From a virus (lineage: Duplodnaviria; Caudoviricetes), in the IMG/VR virus record IMGVR_UViG_2671180029_000001: a stretch of DNA of 64,000 nt; one strand, written 5' to 3'. Position 1 is the stretch's first letter. Each line of letters starts with the position of its first letter. Shown one piece after another: positions 27,014 through 35,942 of this stretch. The notes under the pieces are model-generated. The model worked only from the letters and a program-made list of their open reading frames with translations, was not told where the DNA came from and searched no databases. A program made the translations under genes and the position numbers.

Positions 27014-28318
27014 TTAGGTCCCGTGTGTGGTTGCTTGTCTGATGATGTGAAGCACTGGCATTTCGTAGGCGATTGGATATCCAAATGCATCATTTCCGTG
27101 ATCGAATCCGCCTTTCTTGTCCGGCTCGCCGTTATCGTCATATGCCTGTTTCTCAAGACAACTGGCAGTATCTGGGCATTCTTTCGCATTTACCCATACC
27201 TTTTGTTTTGAGAAAGCGACATTGACCGCATTCACCCGATCTTTAACGAACGGATTTGAAGCGTGTGCGCGAACCTCAAACCCTGCAGCAAGCAATAATT
27301 TGATATCGCTGGTTGCTGCTCCGGTGGTATTGCGGCTTGCCCCAGAAGCATCAGGATAGATGATGTGCCTGAAGTTAGAAGCTTTTGGCCACTTCTCGGC
27401 AATCACTCGAATCATTGCAGGCGTGTCGAAGATATCCTTTAATTCTGCGACGCAATGAAAGCCGTTTGGACGCTGAACCAATATCCGCGCAGCCATTTTC
27501 TGCACGTTGAAATCCATGCCGATGAATAGGACTTCACCTTTTGGATTAATGGTCTCGTTGGAATTGTTCGTAACGCGGTTGTAATTGCGATAGACGGTGC
27601 CGGATTTAAGGTTAACAAACTGACCATTCACATAAGCCAGAGCAAGTTCCGGCGTGTACGATTCAATCATTGACGGTATGTAATCGTCAGGCAGATTGAT
27701 TTCGTTTTCGTAGGTGCTGGCTTGAATTAAACCGTAATTGTTTGATAGTTCAGGTTTTGCAATAACATCCTCGACAAAAAGTTTATGAGTTGCCAAAAAG
27801 CCTTCCGGTGTTGTGGTAACGTCGATGCCATTCCTCAATCCTTTAATCTTGAAACGCATCCGGGCAATAACACGCTTCCATACCAACAAAGCTTTCATCA
27901 AGGGCAAGGTATCAAACTCATCTATCAAAGCATGGCCGATCTTAAAACCAATTATTTTTCCGGGGTCATCCATTGAACGGCATATTGAAGTCCCGTAATA
28001 CCAGCGGCCAATAAAGAAATGAACTTCTTTATTCGATTGGTTTATCTGTACACGGAAACCAAAATTGTAAGCAACCTCTTCAATCGTAGGATAGAAAATA
28101 TCCCTGATCATTGGGTAACTTGGAGCAAAGTACCCAGCATTAATCTGTGGGTGTTCCCTGAAATGTGAGCACATTGCCATCCCACCCACGTATGTCTTGC
28201 CGCTTCCATACCCGGCGACAAAAGCCCGGAATTTGTGCGGCATGCGCAGAAATTGGCTTTGAGGTCTATTAGCCTTAAGATCAAGCTTTTCTTCAAGTGT
28301 CGCTAGGTTTGCGCCCAT
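27014..28318 (-). CDS. Terminase large subunit
   Basis: Walker A AGYGSGKT, Walker B LIDE, TTTPEG, nuclease GMDFN and DHGNDA. Confidence 0.92.
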   Translation of the reverse strand: MGANLATLEEKLDLKANRPQSQFLRMPHKFRAFVAGYGSGKTYVGGMAMCSHFREHPQINAGYFAPSYPMIRDIFYPTIEEVAYNFGFRVQINQSNKEVHFFIGRWYYGTSICRSMDDPGKIIGFKIGHALIDEFDTLPLMKALLVWKRVIARMRFKIKGLRNGIDVTTTPEGFLATHKLFVEDVIAKPELSNNYGLIQASTYENEINLPDDYIPSMIESYTPELALAYVNGQFVNLKSGTVYRNYNRVTNNSNETINPKGEVLFIGMDFNVQKMAARILVQRPNGFHCVAELKDIFDTPAMIRVIAEKWPKASNFRHIIYPDASGASRNTTGAATSDIKLLLAAGFEVRAHASNPFVKDRVNAVNVAFSKQKVWVNAKECPDTASCLEKQAYDDNGEPDKKGGFDHGNDAFGYPIAYEMPVLHIIRQATTHGT

Positions 28319-28670
28319 CGTATTCCTTAATCACAACTTTTGCAGCCGGCGGTTTTTCATCCGGCAAATCGGAACTTTTATCAGACCATCCGCCTTGAGT
28401 TTTAAGAAAAAAAATTTGCGCCGTGATATCTCCGTTTCTGGCTTTTGTAACGAGAGAATTTGCGACAGAAATAATCGCCTGCGATTTTCCTTTTTTATAG
28501 CGGCTCATCGCAATGGGCTGACGATCTAAAATGCGTTTAAATGTTGCTGGAGCGATCATAAAAAAATCCGCTATTTGCGGTATTGTTAAAAAGGATGCCA
28601 ACGCTTCAAGTTGCTCAATTTGCTTATCATCTAAAACCTTCGGCGGCTTGGGATTGAATGCCTTGGCCAT
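28293..28670 (-). CDS. Terminase small subunit
   Basis: N-terminal HTH, TAQIFFLKTQGGW motif, overlaps terL. Confidence 0.75.
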   Translation of the reverse strand: MAKAFNPKPPKVLDDKQIEQLEALASFLTIPQIADFFMIAPATFKRILDRQPIAMSRYKKGKSQAIISVANSLVTKARNGDITAQIFFLKTQGGWSDKSSDLPDEKPPAAKVVIKEYDGRKPSDT

Positions 28671-28676
28671 TTTCTT

Positions 28677-29369
28677 CTATTGTTCATTTGTTTCAACAGC
28701 AGCCGATTCTTTCTCGATTTCCTCTAACCTTTCCATAGTGAGTTGCGCCATCGTGCGAAGTGCAACCGCAGAATTGTGAATATTCATTACTTTTTTTGTT
28801 TGTGTGACAGCCTCAAAGAATTGATCAAAATCATCTATTTTTCCGCACAAATTGACAGATTCTTGTTTTTTTCCGATGTTTTTTACCAGTTCCATAAACA
28901 CATCCATTTCTTCAGGCAGAAAGAGCAAGTTCAACTGTTGATATTTTGGTGCACCCACTGAGAGTGTGCTGATATCCAATTCTTCAACTTTAAAAATGTC
29001 ATCTGTTAGTCCGGAATATTCTTTGAGAAACGAATCCAGACTGTCGTAATATTCCTGCAGCAAGCTAAGATTATCTTGACCAGCAATGGCGTTGTGGCTC
29101 AGTGCGATCGCTTTTTTCTCGGATTCAGTCAGCAGGCTAATAATTTCGATTACATCCGCCTCAATTATTCCGGCGGCAATAGCAGCCTGTACGCGATGAT
29201 TCCCCGATAAAACTTCATTTTGGTAAATCAGGGGCGCACTGGTCAGCACCCCATCATTCTCAAGATTTTTCACCAGGCGCTTGAATTGCGCAGGCGTCAT
29301 ATAGCGAGGATTGCCATCAAGGAGCTTCAGTTTAGTTAAATCGGTTTTGTATGTTTTTGTCTGGATCAT
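28677..29369 (-). CDS. ParB/Srx-like domain protein
   Basis: NPRYM...LSGNHRVQAA; start at 29369 overlaps the upstream stop (ATGA). Confidence 0.75.
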   Translation of the reverse strand: MIQTKTYKTDLTKLKLLDGNPRYMTPAQFKRLVKNLENDGVLTSAPLIYQNEVLSGNHRVQAAIAAGIIEADVIEIISLLTESEKKAIALSHNAIAGQDNLSLLQEYYDSLDSFLKEYSGLTDDIFKVEELDISTLSVGAPKYQQLNLLFLPEEMDVFMELVKNIGKKQESVNLCGKIDDFDQFFEAVTQTKKVMNIHNSAVALRTMAQLTMERLEEIEKESAAVETNEQ

Positions 29370-30667
29370 TTGTTGTATTTGTTGAACCATTCGATGTAAA
29401 TCTGTTGAGGGGATTGGTTTCTTACTGGTGAGTGATAATTAAGAAAACCTTCTTTGCGCGAGTAAAGATTCCAGATTCCGCGATATTTCATTGATACTGG
29501 TTTTTCAGTGAAAACCGTAGTGCAAAGCTGTTTAAACTTGAGTAATGTCCTACGCTCTATCTCTGAAACAATATCTTTTGATGTGGCGATCATCGCTATG
29601 AGTTTGGATAAGCGATTGTTACGCGATACTGAAAAGTCCGAAAGAACATACAGACTTTCAATGTCTCCGTATTTTGATAATGAAAGGATTATTCCACCGG
29701 CCAGCTTGCCATCGATAAACACGCAATAATTGAACATTCCGGATACATGAGATATTCGTTTTGCAAGATATACGTTTTTCAAGAATGTCATTTGCGCCGA
29801 GTCCATTCGCGTGACATTTACTATGCTTTTTGCCGTGGCCGTGGCAGGGTCAAACTCTTGATATTTGAATTGCCTGCTGGTTTGAGATTTGCGTCTGAAT
29901 GATGAACGCTCAATATTATTGACGTAAAGATATATTGGTTTATTGGTGTTGCTGAGAAATTTTCCGCCGCATTTTAGGTTTTCCATTTCCTGATCACCAT
30001 AAACGCAGAAACTTATGTCCCTGTCCATTAATTCGAGCAGAAATCGGTCAAGTGTTTTGGGGTCAAATATCGCGTACTCCGGTGGTACCCAGGAAATATT
30101 CTCGCTCACGAATTTAAATATTCGCTCGTATCCGCCTTTATAGGTTGGAGGAAAGGCAATGACGATATCTGTTTCGGGCCGCGCTTTTTTCGCCTGCTCT
30201 ATAAAATCACCAGGCGTAAAACTGGCTATGGGCAATTTATCGAGAAGTCTTTGAATCGATTCCTTAGCCTTCTGATGGAAGATTCCAAAGTTTTGAATAA
30301 TGTGCTTTTGATGGATCTGGTTATATTCGTTCTTGGATGAGAATTTGGCGATCTGCATTGATGCAGCGATTGATGCTACACGATCAATGAACCCGCACCC
30401 ATTACGGCTAGTTAAATACTCTTCAACGAATGCAAGCTTGTTAATAAACTCGAATTTCACTGTCTCGTTCACTGCCAGCTGGCCTATAGATACTGAAAGA
30501 ATGTTCACGTCATTGGAATGCACCTTGAGCTTTTCATAGGTGCTGGAAATGCTTGAATCCACCCTGAAAGAACCCGAGCAAAGCACCCAGGCATTGTTAT
30601 AGTTTTCAAAGTCAACTATATGGTGCATCTGCAACATAACATCTTTCGGAACGGAGCCAATAAACAT
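29366..30667 (-). CDS. Adenine methyltransferase-like protein with C-terminal GNAT-like domain
   Basis: VLCSGSF (motif I-like), FPPTY (motif IV-like); C-terminal IDGKLAGG...SDFSV...RLSKLIAM. Confidence 0.6.
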   Translation of the reverse strand: MFIGSVPKDVMLQMHHIVDFENYNNAWVLCSGSFRVDSSISSTYEKLKVHSNDVNILSVSIGQLAVNETVKFEFINKLAFVEEYLTSRNGCGFIDRVASIAASMQIAKFSSKNEYNQIHQKHIIQNFGIFHQKAKESIQRLLDKLPIASFTPGDFIEQAKKARPETDIVIAFPPTYKGGYERIFKFVSENISWVPPEYAIFDPKTLDRFLLELMDRDISFCVYGDQEMENLKCGGKFLSNTNKPIYLYVNNIERSSFRRKSQTSRQFKYQEFDPATATAKSIVNVTRMDSAQMTFLKNVYLAKRISHVSGMFNYCVFIDGKLAGGIILSLSKYGDIESLYVLSDFSVSRNNRLSKLIAMIATSKDIVSEIERRTLLKFKQLCTTVFTEKPVSMKYRGIWNLYSRKEGFLNYHSPVRNQSPQQIYIEWFNKYNK

Positions 30668-30744
30668 GAATATATGTGTTAATTCAAGGAGTTATATAAT
30701 ATAATAAACCTTCGTAGTTAATTTAAACCACAAAGGAGAAAGTA

Positions 30745-31089
30745 ATGAAAACATCAAGCTTGAGAACATATAAAGGACCAGGAAGAATTGTTATATCTAG
30801 ATCTACCCGTGGCATTTCCCCAGCCGGATATCGTGTATTTAAAACATTGGCACCCGGCGATTACTTCAGAACAGCAACCAAAGAGGAATACACAAAGCTT
30901 TTTACCGCGCAGTTGGATGCACTTGATCCGGTTGAAATATGGGAAAAACTGCATGACTTGGCTGGAGGCGTTGAACCGGTATTGCTGTGCTATGAAGTTC
31001 CACCATTTACTGAAGAGAATTGGTGTCATCGTCGGATGGTTGCTGATTGGTTTCAGAAAGAACTTGGCCATAATGTTGACGAACTTTGA
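30745..31089 (+). CDS. DUF488-family protein
   Basis: LAP...LLCYE...CHRRMVADW motif; GGAG RBS. Confidence 0.7.
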   Translation: MKTSSLRTYKGPGRIVISRSTRGISPAGYRVFKTLAPGDYFRTATKEEYTKLFTAQLDALDPVEIWEKLHDLAGGVEPVLLCYEVPPFTEENWCHRRMVADWFQKELGHNVDEL

Positions 31090-31122
31090 AACGATCATAA
31101 CAACAAGCCATTGAGGAAATAT

Positions 31123-31191
31123 TGGAGCGCGAGGATTGGATTTGAACCATCCAGAAACAAGGGGTACTTGTTTGCCTGCCATTTCTCGCGC
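31123..31191 (-). ncRNA. 69-nt tRNA-like RNA or degenerate tRNA
   Basis: GCGCGAG/CTCGCGC acceptor-like stem, GG-TTCAAAT-CC T-loop, encoded CCA end, no D-stem. Confidence 0.5.
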
Positions 31192-31200
31192 GTTTTTATT

Positions 31201-31228
31201 ATTATATGAATTATTTATAGAAATGCAA
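31201..31228 (-). promoter_or_regulatory. Sigma70 promoter immediately upstream of the tRNA-like RNA
   Basis: TTGCAT-N16-TATAAT, 9 nt before the element. Confidence 0.55.
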
Positions 31229-31283
31229 TAATATATGAGGAATACTAATAATTGATTTGGGCAAATTTTTTTAGCGCAAACCA

Positions 31284-31727
31284 TCACGCTACCTCCAAAT
31301 CCAATTCCCGCACGATCACAACAACACCAGGTATTTCGGCATAACGCTTGCACTTCGATACTTTCACAACTAACGAATCATCATGCCAAACCACACCGTT
31401 CATCCCGTCTTTAACCGATTTTTCAAGGTTGTCCAAGTCTGGTTTCTTGGTGGCCGCTATCAAACCATCCACGGCCTTTTTCTTTCTCGTAGCAGACCAT
31501 GAGGCAGGTATTGGTAGCCTCACATCTAATTCAAGATATATAGGCTTTAACATCAAGTTTTTTCCTGCCATTGCTATGCTTGCTGCATAGGCAACTAAGC
31601 TCTCATAATTTACCGTTTTCTTTGGCGTGTAGATTGTTATGTGATCGCCTCTTTTCGCAGCTTTTGGTCTACCTTTGGCTACTGGTTGTCCTGGAATGAC
31701 AAATTGCAGTTCAGTTTTAATTTTCAC
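31284..31727 (-). CDS. rusA: RusA-family Holliday junction resolvase
   Basis: IPGQPVAKGRP, KKPDLDNLEKSVKDGMNG, DDSLV. Confidence 0.88.
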   Translation of the reverse strand: MKIKTELQFVIPGQPVAKGRPKAAKRGDHITIYTPKKTVNYESLVAYAASIAMAGKNLMLKPIYLELDVRLPIPASWSATRKKKAVDGLIAATKKPDLDNLEKSVKDGMNGVVWHDDSLVVKVSKCKRYAEIPGVVVIVRELDLEVA

Positions 31728-32010
31728 ACTCAGCCCTCAAATGAAGACAAGGAGCATATACCTCAATCCTGGACCTTAATGGCTCACCTGGTAATAGAGG
31801 GAGAATCTCGACTGCCGTCACATTTTCTAATTTCTCACCATTGCAATAAACTTGTGTGTTCCATGCATAACCATCAGAAACAATCAGTAAATTTTCTTTC
31901 TGACAAATCATTTCACGCTTGCTTTTTATTTCTTCGATGCTCTCACGAATCCTCATCCTCGCCAGTTCCAACAAGCGTCCATAATCAGTTCCGTTGATTA
32001 TCAATTTCAA
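31717..32010 (-). CDS. Hypothetical protein
   Basis: Collinear ORF overlapping the rusA start. Confidence 0.5.
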   Translation of the reverse strand: MKLIINGTDYGRLLELARMRIRESIEEIKSKREMICQKENLLIVSDGYAWNTQVYCNGEKLENVTAVEILPLLPGEPLRSRIEVYAPCLHLRAECEN

Positions 32011-32129
32011 ACTCCCTGTATGAAATGATTTAAAAAATATTTTTCATTATTCGTCATATTTATTGTGCATACCTGAAATATGCATCTAGTTTTTATGCCT
32101 ACTAGTTTCGGTATGCACACTCCCATCAT

Positions 32130-32387
32130 CTACCCACCCATATCAAAGACGTGATAAACCAATCCATGCGCTTGCAAAGTTGATACATGCTTTCCTATGG
32201 ACATTGGCAATTCCTCACCGGTTAGATAAATACGTAATTTCCTCATGTATTTATCGTTTGATGTATCAACAAGAAACCATGCGCAAATTAATCCTTCCTG
32301 TATCTGCACATCAAGAATCTCAGCACCACTAGGGATCATCTCGTTCAACTCGTTGCGAGTAAATTCATATTTCCATATTTTCTTCAT
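32130..32387 (-). CDS. Conserved hypothetical phage protein
   Basis: MKKIWKY...GAEILDVQIQ...LVYHVF pattern. Confidence 0.6.
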   Translation of the reverse strand: MKKIWKYEFTRNELNEMIPSGAEILDVQIQEGLICAWFLVDTSNDKYMRKLRIYLTGEELPMSIGKHVSTLQAHGLVYHVFDMGG

Positions 32388-32513
32388 CTGCTCTTATCAT
32401 CCAAAGTTATTAATAGAGTTTTGGAAATCTCTCTACATCAATCGTCAAATTAATGTGCATATGGTGATCTTGACCATAGGGAGCCCAAAAACCCTAAGCT
32501 GTATGCACACCCA

Positions 32514-33026
32514 TCATTTACCCAAAGCCTCCATACCATCCATAAATTTGGTGTTGAATGAAATAGGCTTTAAATTCTTCGGCAAATAAAGCGGATGCGC
32601 CGGATGGCCTCCCTTTGTCAATCTCAAGCACATCAATTTATCACCTAATATCAGCTTCACTTTTTCCGCACGTCTATGATGTACGCCGTGCGTTCCCCAT
32701 GCCGCTATAATCACGCCGGCATTCTTGGCTACATCGATGAGCATTTCATCGTTCTCCGGTCCTACTGGATCATCGACGGCTTTCATGACTTGCGGATCAG
32801 TTGCCCGGTACCCAAAAATATTGGTCATGCACAATGCAGAAAAACCCCATTCCTTCGAGAAATTAATGCACCGTCTCACCGTTGGATCGTCTTGCAATTC
32901 GTCAGCCGTTGAGGGATTCAAACCGATAAACATTGCATACCCGGCACCCCCTATCCAGTTACGCCATAAGGTGTATCGGTAGGTGCGACATGGTGAGAAT
33001 ATGCAGCCGGTTTTAACTGTGGTCAT
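32514..33026 (-). CDS. DUF1643-family protein
   Basis: YRYTLWR, GLNPSTAD, DDPTVRRC, AAWG, HPAHPLY motifs. Confidence 0.85.
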   Translation of the reverse strand: MTTVKTGCIFSPCRTYRYTLWRNWIGGAGYAMFIGLNPSTADELQDDPTVRRCINFSKEWGFSALCMTNIFGYRATDPQVMKAVDDPVGPENDEMLIDVAKNAGVIIAAWGTHGVHHRRAEKVKLILGDKLMCLRLTKGGHPAHPLYLPKNLKPISFNTKFMDGMEALGK

Positions 33027-33104
33027 TAATTAAGATCCAAATTCAGTTGTTAAAAATTATTTAATAACTCAACTGACAAGTAATATTTGTCAGTTCAATT
33101 CGAT

Positions 33105-33209
33105 GTTGGTGGCCGGTACTGATCTTCCGGCATAACAGATCCCAAGTTACCGTCGCGACCGGCTACTATCTGCTTAAGGTCTTGCGCATCAGCCTGCGCA
33201 TTCACCAAC
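33105..33209 (-). ncRNA. C4-like antisense RNA (cloverleaf)
   Basis: GTTGGTG/CACCAAC closing stem, GCGCA-GGCTGA-TGCGC and GCCGG-AAGATCAGTA-CCGGC hairpins as recalled for the C4 RNA motif. Confidence 0.65.
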
Positions 33210-33530
33210 AAGGAAAGAGGCCGTGTTAAGCAAGCCGGATTTAGACACCTTCTGACTCGGCACCGGCACACGCGAACACCACATTCGCCCTTGTCTCTTC
33301 CGCCGACTGGTTAGGTCGATCCGTATTGGTCAGCTATCGCTCACCGCCCCTTTCCTTGTTTGCCCTCGTCTTTCCGAGGCGTCATGTTGGTGTTGCGCAG
33401 ACCCAGTCACACCTAGACCATCACCAACAAGTCATGAATACTCTAAGTTGCTTGTGATTTAATCTAATAGATAAATCCTTAAAATATTCATGCTTCTTGG
33501 CCCTGGTTTTAGGTACCAGGAAACCGTAAT

Positions 33531-33728
33531 TCACTTCTTAACCTTCTTGCTTTCCCGCGCCATAAGTTCAGCGTTAATCCCATCAGCCAACCCATCGCCA
33601 AACTTTTCACGCCATGATTCAATACACTTAAGCTTATATTCATCAGTGACGCATCTTTCGATGAAGTCAGCGCCTTGCTGCACTGTTGGCGCAAGGCCAT
33701 CACGCAAACAATCTTTCTTGCTGCGCAT
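33531..33728 (-). CDS. Hypothetical protein
   Basis: Probable start MRSKKDC; frame choice versus the 33509..33703 ORF is uncertain. Confidence 0.35.
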   Translation of the reverse strand: MRSKKDCLRDGLAPTVQQGADFIERCVTDEYKLKCIESWREKFGDGLADGINAELMARESKKVKK

Positions 33729-34395
33729 ACTTCGATACCCTTTCACATGCCGTTTTAAAGTAATCCGGATCAAGCTCGCAGCAAGTTATTCCAAATCCCA
33801 TATTATTTGCTGCGATCACGGATGACATTGAGCCACCGTGAGTGTCGAGAATTTTTTGCCCTGGCTTGGCATAGTTAGTAAGCAACCATTCATAAAGCGG
33901 TACCGGTTTCTGTGTCGGATGAATCCGTTTATCGTTTTTACGAACATCGCCACCAAATGAACCTTGATGCATACCATTCCACATATACTTAAATATCCGG
34001 ACAGCACCATGAAAGGATGAATAAGCGAGCTCAGCATCTGCAAAGCTCGATTTGCCGTTATCCTTATCCCAAACAATCCAGCCTGCCGAACTTGAATCAA
34101 ATAATCCTGCAAAATGATTTGCACCCCAAATAATTTGGTTTTTGCTCACTCGTTTCAGGTTAATGAAATATTCCCGATCTGGTACCGCCCAGCTTTTACA
34201 TTCTTGGTAATACTTTGCTCTTTGAACGCCTAAGCTGGAAAAACCTTTTCCGTAATAACCTGATCTGTTTGGACCCTCAAAATATGGTGGATCGCACACC
34301 GCTAAATCAAAATACTTATCCGGCACCGTCCGCATAAATTCCATGCAGTCAATATTCAGAAGCGTTGCGTTTTTAATTACTGTTTTTTCCACCAT
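33700..34395 (-). CDS. DNA methyltransferase (N6/N4, beta-class order)
   Basis: DPPY, HPTQKPV, ILDTHGGS motifs. Confidence 0.88.
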   Translation of the reverse strand: MVEKTVIKNATLLNIDCMEFMRTVPDKYFDLAVCDPPYFEGPNRSGYYGKGFSSLGVQRAKYYQECKSWAVPDREYFINLKRVSKNQIIWGANHFAGLFDSSSAGWIVWDKDNGKSSFADAELAYSSFHGAVRIFKYMWNGMHQGSFGGDVRKNDKRIHPTQKPVPLYEWLLTNYAKPGQKILDTHGGSMSSVIAANNMGFGITCCELDPDYFKTACERVSKYAQQERLFA

Positions 34396-34458
34396 TTGCC
34401 TCGTTATTTAACTTTAATCCGTTAACCTTTATTAACGCCGATTCTTATGCAATTTTGG

Positions 34459-35019
34459 CTAAACCGCGCTACCAGACCCACCAATGCCGCGCTTTCTGAC
34501 AACATAAATCACCAGTAGCAATCCGATTAACAGCATCAAGTAAGTTTCGGGCTCCGGTACCGGGGCAATTTCAATATTCGTAAAAATCGCCATATGATCA
34601 TTGAAGTCCAAATCTCCGCCGCCCCGGATATCTTCAAATCCAATCAGCACAGCGCTTGTACCATCTGGAAGTTGAAATGATGACGCGAACACATGATTCA
34701 AACCATCCGAATTGCTCTCCGGATTCGACCAAAAGAAGTCGCCTGTCGTAATCACTTGCAGGACTGGAATGAAATAATCACCGGCATGGAATTCACCCAG
34801 GCTTTTAAAATCCCCCATAGATGCCTGCCGATTTGAGAAAACACTGAATGGAAGTGAATGTTCTCCCTTCCCTATGAATGCCAGGAAATTGCTCTCATAG
34901 TCGGCACTTGAACCAGCAAAATACGCATTGACCGGACCATCGTTTTTAACCGTGAAACTGACGGCTTGAACGGAGAATGTTATGAAAAACAATGCGATTG
35001 ACAACAGATATAATTTCAT
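34459..35019 (-). CDS. PEP-CTERM surface protein with DUF4114-like domain
   Basis: Signal peptide, GFEDIRGGGDLDFND, VPEPETYLMLLIGLLLVIYVVRKR. Confidence 0.85.
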   Translation of the reverse strand: MKLYLLSIALFFITFSVQAVSFTVKNDGPVNAYFAGSSADYESNFLAFIGKGEHSLPFSVFSNRQASMGDFKSLGEFHAGDYFIPVLQVITTGDFFWSNPESNSDGLNHVFASSFQLPDGTSAVLIGFEDIRGGGDLDFNDHMAIFTNIEIAPVPEPETYLMLLIGLLLVIYVVRKRGIGGSGSAV

Positions 35020-35067
35020 TTTTATTTACCTTTTTTAATGTTTATAGATATTTACGTTGAGAAATTT

Positions 35068-35274
35068 CTATGAAGGATCCGTTGATCTCTTTCTTGCTTC
35101 GATCCAGACAAAAATAAAGAAAATAAAAATACAAAGAACGAATCCGCCCCAAAAAGGCATAGTCACGTACCACCATGACCAGTCAATGTGTCCGGTAAGT
35201 TTCAGTGTCACAAAGACGACTCCAAGAATCCCCAGAATCCCGATACTTCCGCCGTTTGATGTACTCATTTCCAT
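35068..35274 (-). CDS. Small membrane protein
   Basis: Two TM segments, LKLTGHIDWSWWYVTMPFW motif. Confidence 0.65.
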   Translation of the reverse strand: MEMSTSNGGSIGILGILGVVFVTLKLTGHIDWSWWYVTMPFWGGFVLCIFIFFIFVWIEARKRSTDPS

Positions 35275-35321
35275 GCTCCTTTAAAAATTCAAAACTTCTG
35301 TTGATAAAATTTGTTGCTTGA

Positions 35322-35942
35322 TTAAGCTTTTTTCAGTTCTCTGCCAGGCGTTAAGGAAAGTGATAATTTATTTAACCCCTGTGAATTATTTGAAATTGAT
35401 AACTGCGTGGCACCGTTATCGCGGTATGGCAATAACTTCTCGGCGTGAGATGCGGTTAACCTTCCCTTCTCAACAGCCTCGACCAAAACTTGTTCTCTGC
35501 CATGCGGGTCATGTCCAAGTGAAGGAATCCACGTAACTGCCACACCTTGATCACGAGCTTTTGCACATCGATCGCGGTAAGCTTCAAGGAAGGCCATCCG
35601 CGCTTGAACCGTGTCACCATCGTTGATCAGTTGGCAGCAAACACCGTATGCCTCGGCCATTTCCTGAGTCCAAACCACGGATCCAGATTCGTTTTTGGGA
35701 ATCATTGCCCAAGCTTCTTCGGGTCCAGGTCTTCCATCATCGATTCGTGAAATCACGTCTGCCAAAGACATTCGAGATTTCAGTTCCCTCCGGCATTTGG
35801 TTAATGCTTTAAACACCAACTCTTCAGGGTATTGGGATAAATCCTCAGCCATCATCCGGGCCGCATCGATCGACAATTCCGTACCGGTAAGCTCTGCAGT
35901 AACCGCGATTGCCTTTAGTAAATTTTCTTTAATTTGTGGCAT
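35322..35942 (-). CDS. Replication protein P-like / helicase loader
   Basis: Follows the initiator; GPEEAWA, QARMAFLEAY motifs. Confidence 0.6.
   Translation of the reverse strand: MPQIKENLLKAIAVTAELTGTELSIDAARMMAEDLSQYPEELVFKALTKCRRELKSRMSLADVISRIDDGRPGPEEAWAMIPKNESGSVVWTQEMAEAYGVCCQLINDGDTVQARMAFLEAYRDRCAKARDQGVAVTWIPSLGHDPHGREQVLVEAVEKGRLTASHAEKLLPYRDNGATQLSISNNSQGLNKLSLSLTPGRELKKA

Noticed and set aside
27010-27189. 60-aa N-terminal extension of the portal ORF
   Set aside because: Overlaps terL; MSVKNTHPDY at 27009 is the plausible start
30754-31353. 199-aa minus-strand ORF
   Set aside because: Crosses DUF488, the tRNA-like element and a promoter; no motif
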